A stretch of 64,000 bases of DNA from Stellaceae bacterium (GTDB lineage: Bacteria > Pseudomonadota > Alphaproteobacteria > ATCC43930 > CGMCC-115725): NCBI GenBank assembly GCA_035945115.1, contig DASZAN010000123.1:28073-92072 (forward strand), given 5' to 3'. The notes below the pieces were generated by a model. It did not search any database, had not been told where the DNA came from, and saw nothing but the letters and a program-made list of their open reading frames with translations. Shown here piece by piece: positions 48,756 to 58,326 of this stretch. A program made the translations under genes and the position numbers. Position 1 is the stretch's first letter. Every line of letters begins with the position of its first letter.

Positions 48756-49263
48756 AGGTGCGCTCGAAGTCGGAGGCCGTTTCGTCCAACGGCGCGGCCT
48801 CGGCGCGGCGCTTGCGCTTCGGCCGCTCCCAGACGATGCCGGGAAAGCCCTTGAGCGGGACCAGACGGGCGCCGGCATAGGCCCAGTCCTGCCGCTCGGC
48901 GATGCCGACATGGTAGAGCGGCTCGCGCCCGGAACGGCTCTGAAAGAGCGCGCGGGGGATGTTCACCATGTGCGGCGACCGCGTCCGCTCGTAATAGAGG
49001 GGCGTGCCGCAGCGCTTGCAGAAGGCGCGTGTCGTGCCGGTTTTCTTGTCCTCGTAGCGGGCGATCCGGCTCTTGCCTTTGACGATGCGGAAGCGCTTGC
49101 GCCAACTGCCGACATATGTCGCATAGGCGGCGCCGTGCGCGACGCGGCTCGCCGCCGAATGATCGTGCCAGGCCCAGCGCGCGGGATAGTCGATCTCGAG
49201 GCGGACATCGCCGCAAAGGCAGCGCGCCGGAACGCGCTCGCGGTCTTCGCTGCTCTCTTTCAT
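48730..49263 (-). CDS. GFA (glutathione-dependent formaldehyde-activating / CENP-V-like) family protein
   Basis: CLCGDVRLEI ... CKRCGTPLYY gives the Zn-binding Cys pattern of the GFA fold. Confidence 0.6.
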   Translation of the reverse strand: MKESSEDRERVPARCLCGDVRLEIDYPARWAWHDHSAASRVAHGAAYATYVGSWRKRFRIVKGKSRIARYEDKKTGTTRAFCKRCGTPLYYERTRSPHMVNIPRALFQSRSGREPLYHVGIAERQDWAYAGARLVPLKGFPGIVWERPKRKRRAEAAPLDETASDFERTFKALRDRA

Positions 49264-49266
49264 GAG

Positions 49267-51363
49267 CTAATGCGCCAAGGGATCAGGCCTGATCTGGATC
49301 TTGATCGCGCGTGGCAGGTTGGCCGTGCCGCCTTCGAGATGGAACATCGTGCGCGTGCCGTCGGTGGTCCAGAGCGCGCGGCCTTTCCAGCCGTTGCTCT
49401 CGTCGTCGATGCGCGCATCGACATTCTTGGCATGAAGACCCATCGGATAGGGCACGACGAAGTTGAGGAACTTGCCGGCGACGAAAGCCATGACCGAGCT
49501 GTTGAGATTGCCCATGACGAAAGGCGTGTCCTTCCCCAAGCCCATCACATTGAAACGGTCGGTCCAGACGTAGTAGCTGCCCTCGGCGCTGCCGCCGTCC
49601 CTCACCTCTTTGAATTGCGGGCCCGGCAGCGTGTAGAGCGTCCAGCCTTCGGGACAGTGCTTGCCGGTGGCGGTTGGGCCTTTCAGCACCTTGCATTGCC
49701 GGCGATCGAAGCGGCCCAAATGGCCGCTCGCGAGCGACACCCAATAGATGCCCGCGGAATCGACATCGCCGCCGCGCGGGCCGAAGCCGGGCAAAGGCAG
49801 CTCGTAGATTTCCGTGAGCGCGGTGTGGATGGGATCCTTGCCGGGATCGACGCGCAGGATCGCGCCGGGATAGCCGATGACCGTCCCCCAAATGGCGCCG
49901 TCCGAGGGGCTGATGGCGACGGCGTAGAGATTGGCGGCGATGCGCTTGTCCTTCGTGGGGTCGACGGGCTCTCCGGGGTCGACATAGTCGTCGCGCTTGC
50001 CGTTGCCGTTGGTGTCGAGGACGAAGGGCGTCCAGCCCTGCGCCTTCTGCTCGTCGCCCGTCTCCTCGAAGAGGCGGCGGTTGAGCCAGCCGATGACGCC
50101 GGGTCCGGCAACACCCGCACTCGTCCACAAGGTCTGATCGGCATCGGACGCGAAGTTCAGGTGATGCGTCGGAAAGCAGGTGTCGATGAGCGTGAAGTTG
50201 CCGCTCTTGGGATCGTACATCGAGAGCTGGCGATTGCTCTCCTCGAGCGGAAAGGCCTTGGCCGCGGGATGATCGGAGCCTTTGCGGCAGAAATCGGGAT
50301 TTTTCGCCGGCCGGATGCGCGGCGTGAACCAGATGCGGCCCTCTTCGTCCATCATCGGATTGTGATTGATGTTTTGGCTGTCCCAGATGGGCTTATCGCC
50401 CCAATAGGGCGAAGGTGCCATGGGATTGTCCTTGGTCGAGGGCGTCCTCGGATCGCGCACGGGATGCTTCACCTCGGCAGCGGTATTCCCGACGGGATCG
50501 AGGATCGGCACGAAATCGGTGCTGTCCTCGGGCGAGCCATAGAGCTTGCCGTTGGCGTTGAGGCGGGGATTGCGCCGATCGGTCGAGACCTCGTCATGCA
50601 GGTACGAGGTGGGATGGCCCCACTCCCATTGCGTGATGACGATGTTGCGCTCGACGCCTTTGGGCCGCTCGGGCTTGGCGAAGGGCAGCTCGCCCGCGGC
50701 GATGCGATCGGTCCAGTCGCCGAAGAGCTGCAGCGCCTTTTCCGTGTCGAGCCGGACGATATCGCGCGCCATGAACATCTGCGCGCCGCCCGATTGGAGG
50801 CGCCGCTCCCAGGCTTCCGCCGAATTCTTGAAGCTGCCGAGTGCAGGCGAGATGGTGCGCGTGCCGGGTGTGCCGAGGGGATGGCAGGAAAGGCAGGCGC
50901 CCGATTTGATGGTGTTGAGCCAAGCGCCCTGGCTCTTCATCTTCGGCAGCGGAAATTCGCTCGCGGCCGGCACGTGCAGCATCGCATACCAATAGACCGC
51001 GGGATAAATCTCGGCCGCGGTCTTTTCGTTCGGCGCTGGTGTCGCGGTGAGATCGAGTACCCGGCCCGGCGACGCATTCACTTTCGCTGAATCGACGAGC
51101 CCGTAGCCGCGCACGAAGACGCGATAGTTTGCCTTGGGCAGATCGGGGATGAGATAGCGCCCGTCATCGTCGGTGACGACGGTCTTCGCGTATTTCGTCG
51201 GCAAGTCGGTGGTCTCGGCGATGACCCACACGCCCGCCTCGGGACCGGCGGCGCTGGTGACACGGCCGGCGAGATCGCTGGCACCTGGCTGCGGCGCTTG
51301 CGCCAGCGGACTCGCCGCAGCGAGCGCCGCCACGATGCCGAGGAGTGTCGCCGCCCGCTTCAT
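49267..51363 (-). CDS. large secreted protein with an N-terminal carboxypeptidase-regulatory-like domain
   Basis: Signal peptide MKRAATLLGIVAALAAA. The segment GRVTSAAGPEAGVWVIAETTD...DDDGRYLIPDLPKANYRVFVRGYG is a CarbopepD_reg_2-like beta-sandwich. The remaining roughly 550 aa are of unknown function. Confidence 0.6.
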   Translation of the reverse strand: MKRAATLLGIVAALAAASPLAQAPQPGASDLAGRVTSAAGPEAGVWVIAETTDLPTKYAKTVVTDDDGRYLIPDLPKANYRVFVRGYGLVDSAKVNASPGRVLDLTATPAPNEKTAAEIYPAVYWYAMLHVPAASEFPLPKMKSQGAWLNTIKSGACLSCHPLGTPGTRTISPALGSFKNSAEAWERRLQSGGAQMFMARDIVRLDTEKALQLFGDWTDRIAAGELPFAKPERPKGVERNIVITQWEWGHPTSYLHDEVSTDRRNPRLNANGKLYGSPEDSTDFVPILDPVGNTAAEVKHPVRDPRTPSTKDNPMAPSPYWGDKPIWDSQNINHNPMMDEEGRIWFTPRIRPAKNPDFCRKGSDHPAAKAFPLEESNRQLSMYDPKSGNFTLIDTCFPTHHLNFASDADQTLWTSAGVAGPGVIGWLNRRLFEETGDEQKAQGWTPFVLDTNGNGKRDDYVDPGEPVDPTKDKRIAANLYAVAISPSDGAIWGTVIGYPGAILRVDPGKDPIHTALTEIYELPLPGFGPRGGDVDSAGIYWVSLASGHLGRFDRRQCKVLKGPTATGKHCPEGWTLYTLPGPQFKEVRDGGSAEGSYYVWTDRFNVMGLGKDTPFVMGNLNSSVMAFVAGKFLNFVVPYPMGLHAKNVDARIDDESNGWKGRALWTTDGTRTMFHLEGGTANLPRAIKIQIRPDPLAH

Positions 51364-51433
51364 GCCCCACCTCCCCCATTCTTCTGTGCGGGGAAGTGTA
51401 GCAGGGGGAGCGCGCCCCCTCACCCTCCCGCCG

Positions 51434-52648
51434 CTACTTCTGCGCCAAGGGACAGCCGCCCTCGGCGAGCGAGCGGAAGGCTTGATCACCCGGAATGGTG
51501 CCGATGATCTTGAGGTAGTCCCAGGGACCCTTGGACTCCGCGGGCTTCTTCACTTGCGCCAGATACATGTCGTGGACGAGGCGGCCGTCGATGCGGAGCC
51601 GCGCGCCCTTGGCGAAAAAATCATCGACCGGCAGCTCGCGCATCTTCGCCATCACCTGGGGCGCCGCGTCGGTGCCGGCGGCGGCCACCGCGCGCAGATA
51701 ATGCCGCGTCGCCGAATAGACGCTGGCATGATCCATGGTCGGCATCGCCTTGTGCCGCTCGAAGAAGCGCTTGGCCCAGGCACGGCTTCCCTCGTCGCGG
51801 TCCCAGTAGAAAGCCGTGACGAAGGTGAGACCTTGCGCCGCCTGCAAGCCCAAGCTGTGCACGTCGGTGATGAAGACGAGGAGCGAGACCAACGTCTGGC
51901 CGCCTTCAGCGAGACCGAACTCGTTCGCCTGCTTCGTCGCCGTCGTCATGTCGCCGCCGCCATTGGCAAGCGCCACCACCTTGGCGCCCGACGCCTTCGC
52001 CTGCAGCAAATACGAGCTGAAATCGGCGGTGTTGAGGGGATGGCGCACGCTTCCCAGCACCTTGCCGCCGCCCGCTTCCACCGCGCGGCGCGCATCGGCT
52101 TCGAGCGAATGGCCGAAGGCGTAATCGACGGTGATGAAGAACCAGGTGTCGAGACCGCGGGCGAGTGCGGCGCGGGCGAGGCTCGTTGTCAGCGCGTAGC
52201 TGTCGTAAAGCCAGGCCGCCGCGGTGGGCGTGCAAGCCTTGCCGGTGTAGTCGGTGGTGCCGACGGCGTTGGCGATGGCGATGCGGTTCCTCTCGTGCGC
52301 CAATGACTCGACGGCAAGCGCCACCGCGGAATTGGAAAAATCGAGCACCATGTCGACGTGGTCGACATCGAACCACTGCCGCGCGATGGCGGCGCCGATA
52401 TCGGCTTTGTTCTGGTGATCGGCGAACACAACCTCGATCGGCGCCCCGATCACCTTCCCGCCCATGTCTTCCGCCGCCATGCGCGCGGCGAGCACGGAGC
52501 CGGGTCCCGCAAGGTCCGCATAAAGCCCGGTCTGATCGTTGAGCACACCGATCTTGACGACGCCGTCGGAGATTTGCGCCGACGCGGGTTCGAGAGCAGC
52601 GAGCGCGGCGGCGAAAGCGAGCGCGAGGGCGCGGAGTCCGGCGAGCAT
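51434..52648 (-). CDS. branched-chain amino acid ABC transporter substrate-binding protein (LivK-like, Peripla_BP_6)
   Basis: The RBS aggagg precedes the ATG at 52648. Signal peptide followed by a family-6 periplasmic-binding-protein fold. Confidence 0.75.
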   Translation of the reverse strand: MLAGLRALALAFAAALAALEPASAQISDGVVKIGVLNDQTGLYADLAGPGSVLAARMAAEDMGGKVIGAPIEVVFADHQNKADIGAAIARQWFDVDHVDMVLDFSNSAVALAVESLAHERNRIAIANAVGTTDYTGKACTPTAAAWLYDSYALTTSLARAALARGLDTWFFITVDYAFGHSLEADARRAVEAGGGKVLGSVRHPLNTADFSSYLLQAKASGAKVVALANGGGDMTTATKQANEFGLAEGGQTLVSLLVFITDVHSLGLQAAQGLTFVTAFYWDRDEGSRAWAKRFFERHKAMPTMDHASVYSATRHYLRAVAAAGTDAAPQVMAKMRELPVDDFFAKGARLRIDGRLVHDMYLAQVKKPAESKGPWDYLKIIGTIPGDQAFRSLAEGGCPLAQK

Positions 52649-52780
52649 GGCAATCTCCCCTCCTCTGGGCACCCCGAGCATAGCGGCGCTCCTCGGGCGC
52701 GCCACTAGGCGGCCGACGCACTTAGCCCCGTCCCGCTTGACATTCGGTAAGTATACACTTACGGGAATCCCTGGGCCGCG

Positions 52781-53077
52781 CTGGCGGACCCGACCCGGCG
52801 GCAGGTATTCGAGCGGCTGAAATCCGGCCCGCGCGCGGTGGGCGCGCTCGCACGCGGCATGCCGGTAAGCCGGCCCGCAGTGTCGCAGCACCTCAAAGTG
52901 CTGAAGGACGCGGGCCTGGTCGCCGATCGGCCGCAGGGCAGAAATCGCGTCTACTATCTCGATCCCCACGGATTGGGCGCGCTCCGTCGCTGGCTCGACC
53001 AGTTCTGGGATGAAGCGCTGGAAAACTTCCGCGCCGAGGTGGAGCGCAAACCCCGACAGCAGAAGGAGCCACGATGA
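52781..53077 (+). CDS. ArsR/SmtB family transcriptional regulator
   Basis: LADPTRRQVFERL ... the HTH and LVADRPQGRNRVYYL wing are present. There is no in-frame ATG/GTG/TTG upstream of the HTH, so the start codon is uncertain (possibly CTG). Confidence 0.6.
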   Translation: MADPTRRQVFERLKSGPRAVGALARGMPVSRPAVSQHLKVLKDAGLVADRPQGRNRVYYLDPHGLGALRRWLDQFWDEALENFRAEVERKPRQQKEPR

Positions 53078-53541
53078 CGGCCATAACCCTCGCGCCGGTG
53101 CGCAAAAGCGTGCGCGTCAAGGCCGCACCGGCGCATGCTTTCGAGGTCTTCACCGCCAGAATGGGAACTTGGTGGCCGCGAGAGATGAAGATCGTCACGG
53201 CGCCGCTCAAGACGGTCGTCGTGGAGCCACGCGCCGGCGGACGGTGGTACGAACGCGGCGAGGACGGCGCCGAAGCCAACCTCGGCAAGGTTCTGGCCTG
53301 GGAGCCGCCGCACCGGGTCGTGATGAGCTGGGAGATCAACCAGCATTGGCGACCCGATGCCACGGTGCGGGCTGAGGTCGAAGTCAACTTCATCGCCGAC
53401 GGGCCCGATCTCACCATCGTCGAAGTGGAACATCGCAAGCTCGAAGTCCTCGGTGCGGAAGCCGGCGCCTCAGTGCGAGAGAGAGTCGACAGCGGCTGGC
53501 CGCGCGTGCTCGAGCACTTCAAAGCGGCCGTTGACGCCTGA
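53074..53541 (+). CDS. SRPBCC (AHSA1-like) domain protein
   Basis: Typical partner gene co-transcribed with ArsR; overlaps the ArsR stop. Confidence 0.7.
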   Translation: MTAITLAPVRKSVRVKAAPAHAFEVFTARMGTWWPREMKIVTAPLKTVVVEPRAGGRWYERGEDGAEANLGKVLAWEPPHRVVMSWEINQHWRPDATVRAEVEVNFIADGPDLTIVEVEHRKLEVLGAEAGASVRERVDSGWPRVLEHFKAAVDA

Positions 53542-53576
53542 GCCGACCCCCCGATCGCCGGCACGAAGAGGACCTG

Positions 53577-54218
53577 ATGAGCATCGAACTCTATGTCTTC
53601 CCACCGAGCCCACGCGCCTTCAAGGTGATGGCCCTTGCCAATCATCTCGACCTTGACTGGACGCCGCGTATGGTCGACCTGCGCAAAGGCGATCAGAAGA
53701 CGCCTGCCTATGCCGCGCTTAATCCCAACATGCGTATGCCCACGCTAAAAGACGGCGATTTCGTCCTCTGGGAATCGAACGCGATCCTGCAGTACCTCGC
53801 CTTGAAGCGGCCGGAGAGCGGGCTTCTGCCCAAGGACGAGCGTGCACGCCTCGACGTGATACGCTGGCAGTTCTGGGACCTCGCGCATTGGGAGTCGGCG
53901 GCGGCAGTATTCATTTTCGAATACGTCGCCAAGCCGCTCGTGCGCGGCTCCGCCGACCCGGACCTGGCGGCGATTGCCAAGGCGACCGAGCCTTTCCACC
54001 GTGCGGCGCGTGTCCTCGACGATCAGCTACAGGGACGGAAATTCATCACGGGCGACACGCTGACGGTCGCCGATTTTTCGCTGAGTGCCGGCCTCCACCT
54101 CGCGGAAATGGCGCACCTCCCGATCGAGCCGTACGCCGCGATCAAACGTTGGTTCGCGACACTCAACGCGCTGCCCGCCTGGCACAAGACGCGCGCGCAG
54201 GCGATGGGGGCGCCGTAG
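53577..54218 (+). CDS. glutathione S-transferase
   Basis: N-terminal thioredoxin-like GST domain plus a helical C-terminal domain. Confidence 0.8.
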   Translation: MSIELYVFPPSPRAFKVMALANHLDLDWTPRMVDLRKGDQKTPAYAALNPNMRMPTLKDGDFVLWESNAILQYLALKRPESGLLPKDERARLDVIRWQFWDLAHWESAAAVFIFEYVAKPLVRGSADPDLAAIAKATEPFHRAARVLDDQLQGRKFITGDTLTVADFSLSAGLHLAEMAHLPIEPYAAIKRWFATLNALPAWHKTRAQAMGAP

Positions 54219-54232
54219 CGGCTTAGGCGATG

Positions 54233-54877
54233 TTATGTCTCACCCGCGCGCAAGCCGGCATCGGGGTCGATCGAATAAGGATGCACCGGCGGCAGCTCGC
54301 CGGCCGTCTCTTTGACGCGCGCGATCCAGGCGCTGAGCGCGGGATAGTGGGCAAAATCGAAGCCCGCGTCTTCGCCGAGATGAGTGTAAGCGAAGACCGC
54401 GATGTCGGCGATGGTGTAAGCGTCCGCGGCAAGAAAGGCACGCATGCCGAGATGGCGCTCGAGTGCCTGAAGCGCGCGCTCGGCGCCGGTGCGGTTGCCC
54501 GGCACCAGCGCGGCGTTGGCGTGAAGCCGCCCGGTCAACGTCCAGAAGCGAAGCGTGCCGAGATTGGGCTCGACGTAGTACTGCTCGAAAAAAAGCCACT
54601 GCATCACCTGCGCGCGGGCGAGCCGTTCGGCCGGCAAAAAACGCGTGCCTTCGGCGAGATAGCAGAGGATCGCGTTCGACTCGGCGATGAACTGACCTGG
54701 GGCGGGCTCAAGCACGGGAATGGCGCCGACGGGGTTTTTCTCAAGAAACTCCGGCGTACGCGCTTCGCCGCGGAAGATCGCCACCGGCACGGTCTCCCAC
54801 CCAAGACCGAGATGCCGAAGAAGCATGCGGATTTTGTAGCCGTTCTGCGAAGGCAAATAATCATGGAGCCGAAGCAT
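54233..54877 (-). CDS. glutathione S-transferase
   Basis: GST N and C domains; convergent with the previous GST. Confidence 0.8.
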   Translation of the reverse strand: MLRLHDYLPSQNGYKIRMLLRHLGLGWETVPVAIFRGEARTPEFLEKNPVGAIPVLEPAPGQFIAESNAILCYLAEGTRFLPAERLARAQVMQWLFFEQYYVEPNLGTLRFWTLTGRLHANAALVPGNRTGAERALQALERHLGMRAFLAADAYTIADIAVFAYTHLGEDAGFDFAHYPALSAWIARVKETAGELPPVHPYSIDPDAGLRAGET

Positions 54878-55089
54878 CGCTGACCTCGTGGCTGAGAGGT
54901 CGCCATCTCTAAGCCCGCGGTGGGCACGCGCACTCCGATTCTTGCGGCGAATTGGCCGAGAGCTGGCAGCTCGTGCCGCGCCCCTACTCCGCAGCGTCGG
55001 CGGAGACGGGGACGCGGATGCGCCAGGCGGGGCACCCGATCAAGACGGTGGTGCCACGCCCGGGCGCGCTCGCAATCTCGAGCGTGCCG

Positions 55090-55399
55090 CCATGGGATTC
55101 AGCTCCACGCCTTCGAGCGCAAGAACGCTTGGGCGATAAAGCTGCTGGCTGATCCCGATCTCGCCGTACATCGCCTCTACAATGTGCAACAGCGCAATTT
55201 CACGCCGAAGCGCGGGCCCTTCCGCGACCTCGCGATTCCAACGACGCTCCTCCTCGATGAGGACGGCGGCGTGCTCTGGCTCGAGCAGACCAGCGACTTC
55301 CGCGTCCGCCCGCAGGCAGACGCGCTCCTCGCCAAGGCGCGGGTGCTGCTCGGCAAGGACGACACGGCCGCCGGAGACTGCGACGTCTGCGCCGCCTGA
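55090..55399 (+). pseudogene. C-terminal fragment of a Bcp-type peroxiredoxin (thioredoxin fold), with the N-terminal CxxxxC region missing or frameshifted
   Basis: HAFERKNAWAIKLLADPDLAVHRLYNV ... TTLLLDEDGGVLWLEQ aligns with the Bcp C-terminal half. No in-frame start and no peroxidatic Cys region are present. The upstream frames show only a PDQDGG fragment. Confidence 0.4.
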
Positions 55400-55401
55400 C
55401 C

Positions 55402-56250
55402 TTAGGCGCGGCTGAAAATGAGGAGCGTGCCGCTGGCTTCCCGTGGCGGCACGAGAATGGTGCCATCCCCCGCTTCCTCATGGGGCACGTGCCAGCGTGC
55501 GAGATGATCCGCTGTCGCCCCGAGATCGCGGGTCACAAACCGCACCGCCGCCATGGCTGGCAACGGGCGTCTCAACGCCGGCTCGATCTCGGGGTAGAGC
55601 GCGGCGAAATCGTCAGACGTGGCGAAGGTGAGGCGATGCGGCCCGGCATGAACCGTTAGAACCTCGTCCGTGAGGGTGACGCCCGTCGGAAAGAGCTTCT
55701 CGTAAGCGGCGGCGAGCGGCTTCGTCCGTTCCACCAGCACCACCACGCCGGCGATGCCGACAACGGCGTTGGTATGGCGGAGCCAATCGGGCCGCCGCAC
55801 CAGCTCCGGCGTCAGATGCTGGCACACGAAGCTCATGAGTTCCGGCGTCTCCTCGGGCGGAAGCGAGATCAGCTTGAAGCGCGGCAGCACCGTGCCTTCC
55901 GGCAATTCGAGCTGCCGCGTCAAATCGCGCGGCGCCGCCGGATGAAGGCCCTGGCGCGCAAGGGCGGCGGCGGTGTCGGCGCCGGCGCGCGGTGCAAAGG
56001 CGAGGCCGCGCGGCCCCTCGCCATGCACGAGAAAGTCGGCGAGCCCGCCTGTGTCCTGGCGTGGGTCGACGACGCCCATCAGCTCGAGATAGTCGCGCTC
56101 GAACATGATGCAATAATTGCCGGTGCCCTTCTGGAGATGGCGGCCGCGCGGCGTCAGCGTGAATCCCAGGCGCTCCCAGGTGAGGCGCGCCCGCTCGAGA
56201 TCGCCGACGGCGATGATGACGTGATCGATGCCGGAAAGCGGCGAGGTCAT
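55402..56250 (-). CDS. VOC (glyoxalase/bleomycin-resistance/dioxygenase) family protein, two domains
   Basis: IDHVIIAVGDLERA ... beta-alpha-beta-beta-beta modules. Confidence 0.65.
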   Translation of the reverse strand: MTSPLSGIDHVIIAVGDLERARLTWERLGFTLTPRGRHLQKGTGNYCIMFERDYLELMGVVDPRQDTGGLADFLVHGEGPRGLAFAPRAGADTAAALARQGLHPAAPRDLTRQLELPEGTVLPRFKLISLPPEETPELMSFVCQHLTPELVRRPDWLRHTNAVVGIAGVVVLVERTKPLAAAYEKLFPTGVTLTDEVLTVHAGPHRLTFATSDDFAALYPEIEPALRRPLPAMAAVRFVTRDLGATADHLARWHVPHEEAGDGTILVPPREASGTLLIFSRA

Positions 56251-58316
56251 CAGCGGAGACTCGCTTCGATGTTGCCGCCGTCGACCGTGACGACGGCAGC
56301 GGTGGTGGTGCGCGCTTGCGCGAGAAACACGAAGGCTTGCGCCACGTCCTCGGCGGAGACTTCGCGGCGCAGGAGATTGCCGCTCATATAGTCGGTCTCA
56401 GAGACGCCGCGGGCGCGGGCGCGCTCGGCGATCATCGCCTCGGTCAGGAGGCCGGAGCGGATGCGGTCGGCATTGACGGCGTTCGAGCGAATGCCCTCGG
56501 CACCATAATCGAGCGCGTATTGCTTCATGAGGAAGAGCGTCGTCGCTTTGGGCAAGCCGTAGGGACCGAAATCGCGGCCGGGATTGACCGCCTGCTTCGA
56601 GGTATTGAAGAGCAAGCATCCGCCAGTGCCCTGCGCGCGCATGATGCACACGGCATTCTGCGCCACGCTCTGATGAGCGAAGAAATTCAGCTCGAAGGAG
56701 CGGCGCAGCATTGCCTCGTCCACCTCGCCGATGCGGCCTTGCCAGGCGGCGCCGGCGTTCGACACGACGATGTCGACGCCACCGAACGCTGCGGCGACGC
56801 TGTCGAAGGCGGTGGTGACGGCGGCGGCATCGGTCACATCGCACTCCACGGCAAGCGACGGGCCACCAATCGCTTTCACCACGCCGAGCGCCGCCGCGAT
56901 GTCGCGGTCGAGCACCGCCACTTCGGCCCCAGCGATCGCGAGCGCCTTCGCCGTCGCCGCACCGATGCCGCTGCCACCGCCGGTGACGGCCGCCACGTGC
57001 CGCGCGAGCGGTTTTTCCGCGGCTCTGCCGAGCTTCGCTTGCTCCAGCGACCAATATTCGACGTCGAACATGTCGCTCTCGTCGATCGGCTGGAAGCGGC
57101 CGATCGCTTCGGCGTCGGTGACGACGGCGATGGTGTTCTCGGCGATGTCGGCGACAATCGCTGCATCCTTGTAAGAGGCGCCCAAGCCGAAGAGGCCGAG
57201 GCCCGGCACCAACACGACGCGGGGGCGCGGATCGAGCGCGAGGCGCGACGTCTTCTGCCGCGCATTGTGGCGGGCGAAGTAGGCGCGGTAGCGCTCGGCA
57301 TAGGCTGCAATCGCCGCCGCCACCGCCTCGCGCCACGCGTCGACCCGCCCGGCTTCCGGCGGCGGCAGGATGAGCGGCCAATTCTTGGTGCGGATGGTGT
57401 GATCCGGCGTCACCACGCCTTGCTGCGAATAGCGCGAGAGATCGACGCCGTTGACGTAATTCAAAATCTCGGGCGAGGTGCGGAAGCAGAGGATCTGGCG
57501 CTTGGCGCGGCCGCTCGCGCGGTCGTTCTCGATCGCGGCAAGACCGCGCAGCACCGGCGCCACTTGCGCCACGGGCACGATCGCCGCCGGGAGCGCGACT
57601 ACCGCGAACACGTTCCGCCGGCCGCGCGCGAGCCGCGCCTCCGCAAGGTTCGCCATCTCGATCATGCGCTCATAGGCGTCGCGCGCGTCTTCGCCCAAGG
57701 TGAAGATGCCGTGCTTTAGCAGGATCAAGCCGTCGACGCGGGGATCGCGCTCGTAAATCTCAGCCGCCTTCTTGGCGAGCGCGAAGCCAGGCATGATGTA
57801 GGGGACGAGCGCCATGCGGCCGTCATAGACCTCGCGGCAGAGCGCCTCGCCGTCGGGCTGATCCGTCAGCGCCAGCACCGAGGTGGCGTGCGTGTGGTCG
57901 ATGAACTTGTGCGGCAGGAAGGCGTGAAGCAGCGTCTCGACCGAGGGGTTGGGGGCGGCGCTGTCGAGGAGCGCGCCGCGCTGTGCGTTCACCATGTCCT
58001 CGTCGGAGAGCTTATCGAGCGCACGCAAGCGGCGGAGCGGGTCCAATCGCACCGCCGGCAGGCCCGCGGGCTCGATGTTGCCCATGTCCCAGCCCGAGCC
58101 TTTGACGCAAAGCACCGCGACCTCCTCGCCGAGGAGATCAGGCATCACCGTCTTGACCGAGCTGTTACCGCCGCCATGGAGCACGAGGCGCGGATCTTGC
58201 CCGAGGAGCCGCGTCGTGTAGACGCGAAGCGCGAGATCGCGCGGGACGCCTTGGCTAGCGTAGCGGGCGATGAAGGATTCCGCCTCGGCATCGGACCAGT
58301 GGGAGTTCATGGACAC
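56250..58316 (-). CDS. bifunctional class-II aldolase / short-chain dehydrogenase
   Basis: N-terminal class II aldolase/adducin domain (HGGGNSSVK, HTHATS). The C-terminal SDR domain has TGGGSGIGAATA and the catalytic YxxxK region. Confidence 0.85.
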   Translation of the reverse strand: MSMNSHWSDAEAESFIARYASQGVPRDLALRVYTTRLLGQDPRLVLHGGGNSSVKTVMPDLLGEEVAVLCVKGSGWDMGNIEPAGLPAVRLDPLRRLRALDKLSDEDMVNAQRGALLDSAAPNPSVETLLHAFLPHKFIDHTHATSVLALTDQPDGEALCREVYDGRMALVPYIMPGFALAKKAAEIYERDPRVDGLILLKHGIFTLGEDARDAYERMIEMANLAEARLARGRRNVFAVVALPAAIVPVAQVAPVLRGLAAIENDRASGRAKRQILCFRTSPEILNYVNGVDLSRYSQQGVVTPDHTIRTKNWPLILPPPEAGRVDAWREAVAAAIAAYAERYRAYFARHNARQKTSRLALDPRPRVVLVPGLGLFGLGASYKDAAIVADIAENTIAVVTDAEAIGRFQPIDESDMFDVEYWSLEQAKLGRAAEKPLARHVAAVTGGGSGIGAATAKALAIAGAEVAVLDRDIAAALGVVKAIGGPSLAVECDVTDAAAVTTAFDSVAAAFGGVDIVVSNAGAAWQGRIGEVDEAMLRRSFELNFFAHQSVAQNAVCIMRAQGTGGCLLFNTSKQAVNPGRDFGPYGLPKATTLFLMKQYALDYGAEGIRSNAVNADRIRSGLLTEAMIAERARARGVSETDYMSGNLLRREVSAEDVAQAFVFLAQARTTTAAVVTVDGGNIEASLR

Positions 58317-58326
58317 TCGCCGGCCA

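Noticed and set aside
49283-50128. 281-aa minus-strand ORF inside the large secreted protein gene
   Set aside because: An alternative frame of 49267-51363. The main frame has the signal peptide and the CarbopepD_reg-like domain.
56316-57719. 467-aa plus-strand ORF
   Set aside because: Antisense to the aldolase/SDR fusion gene.
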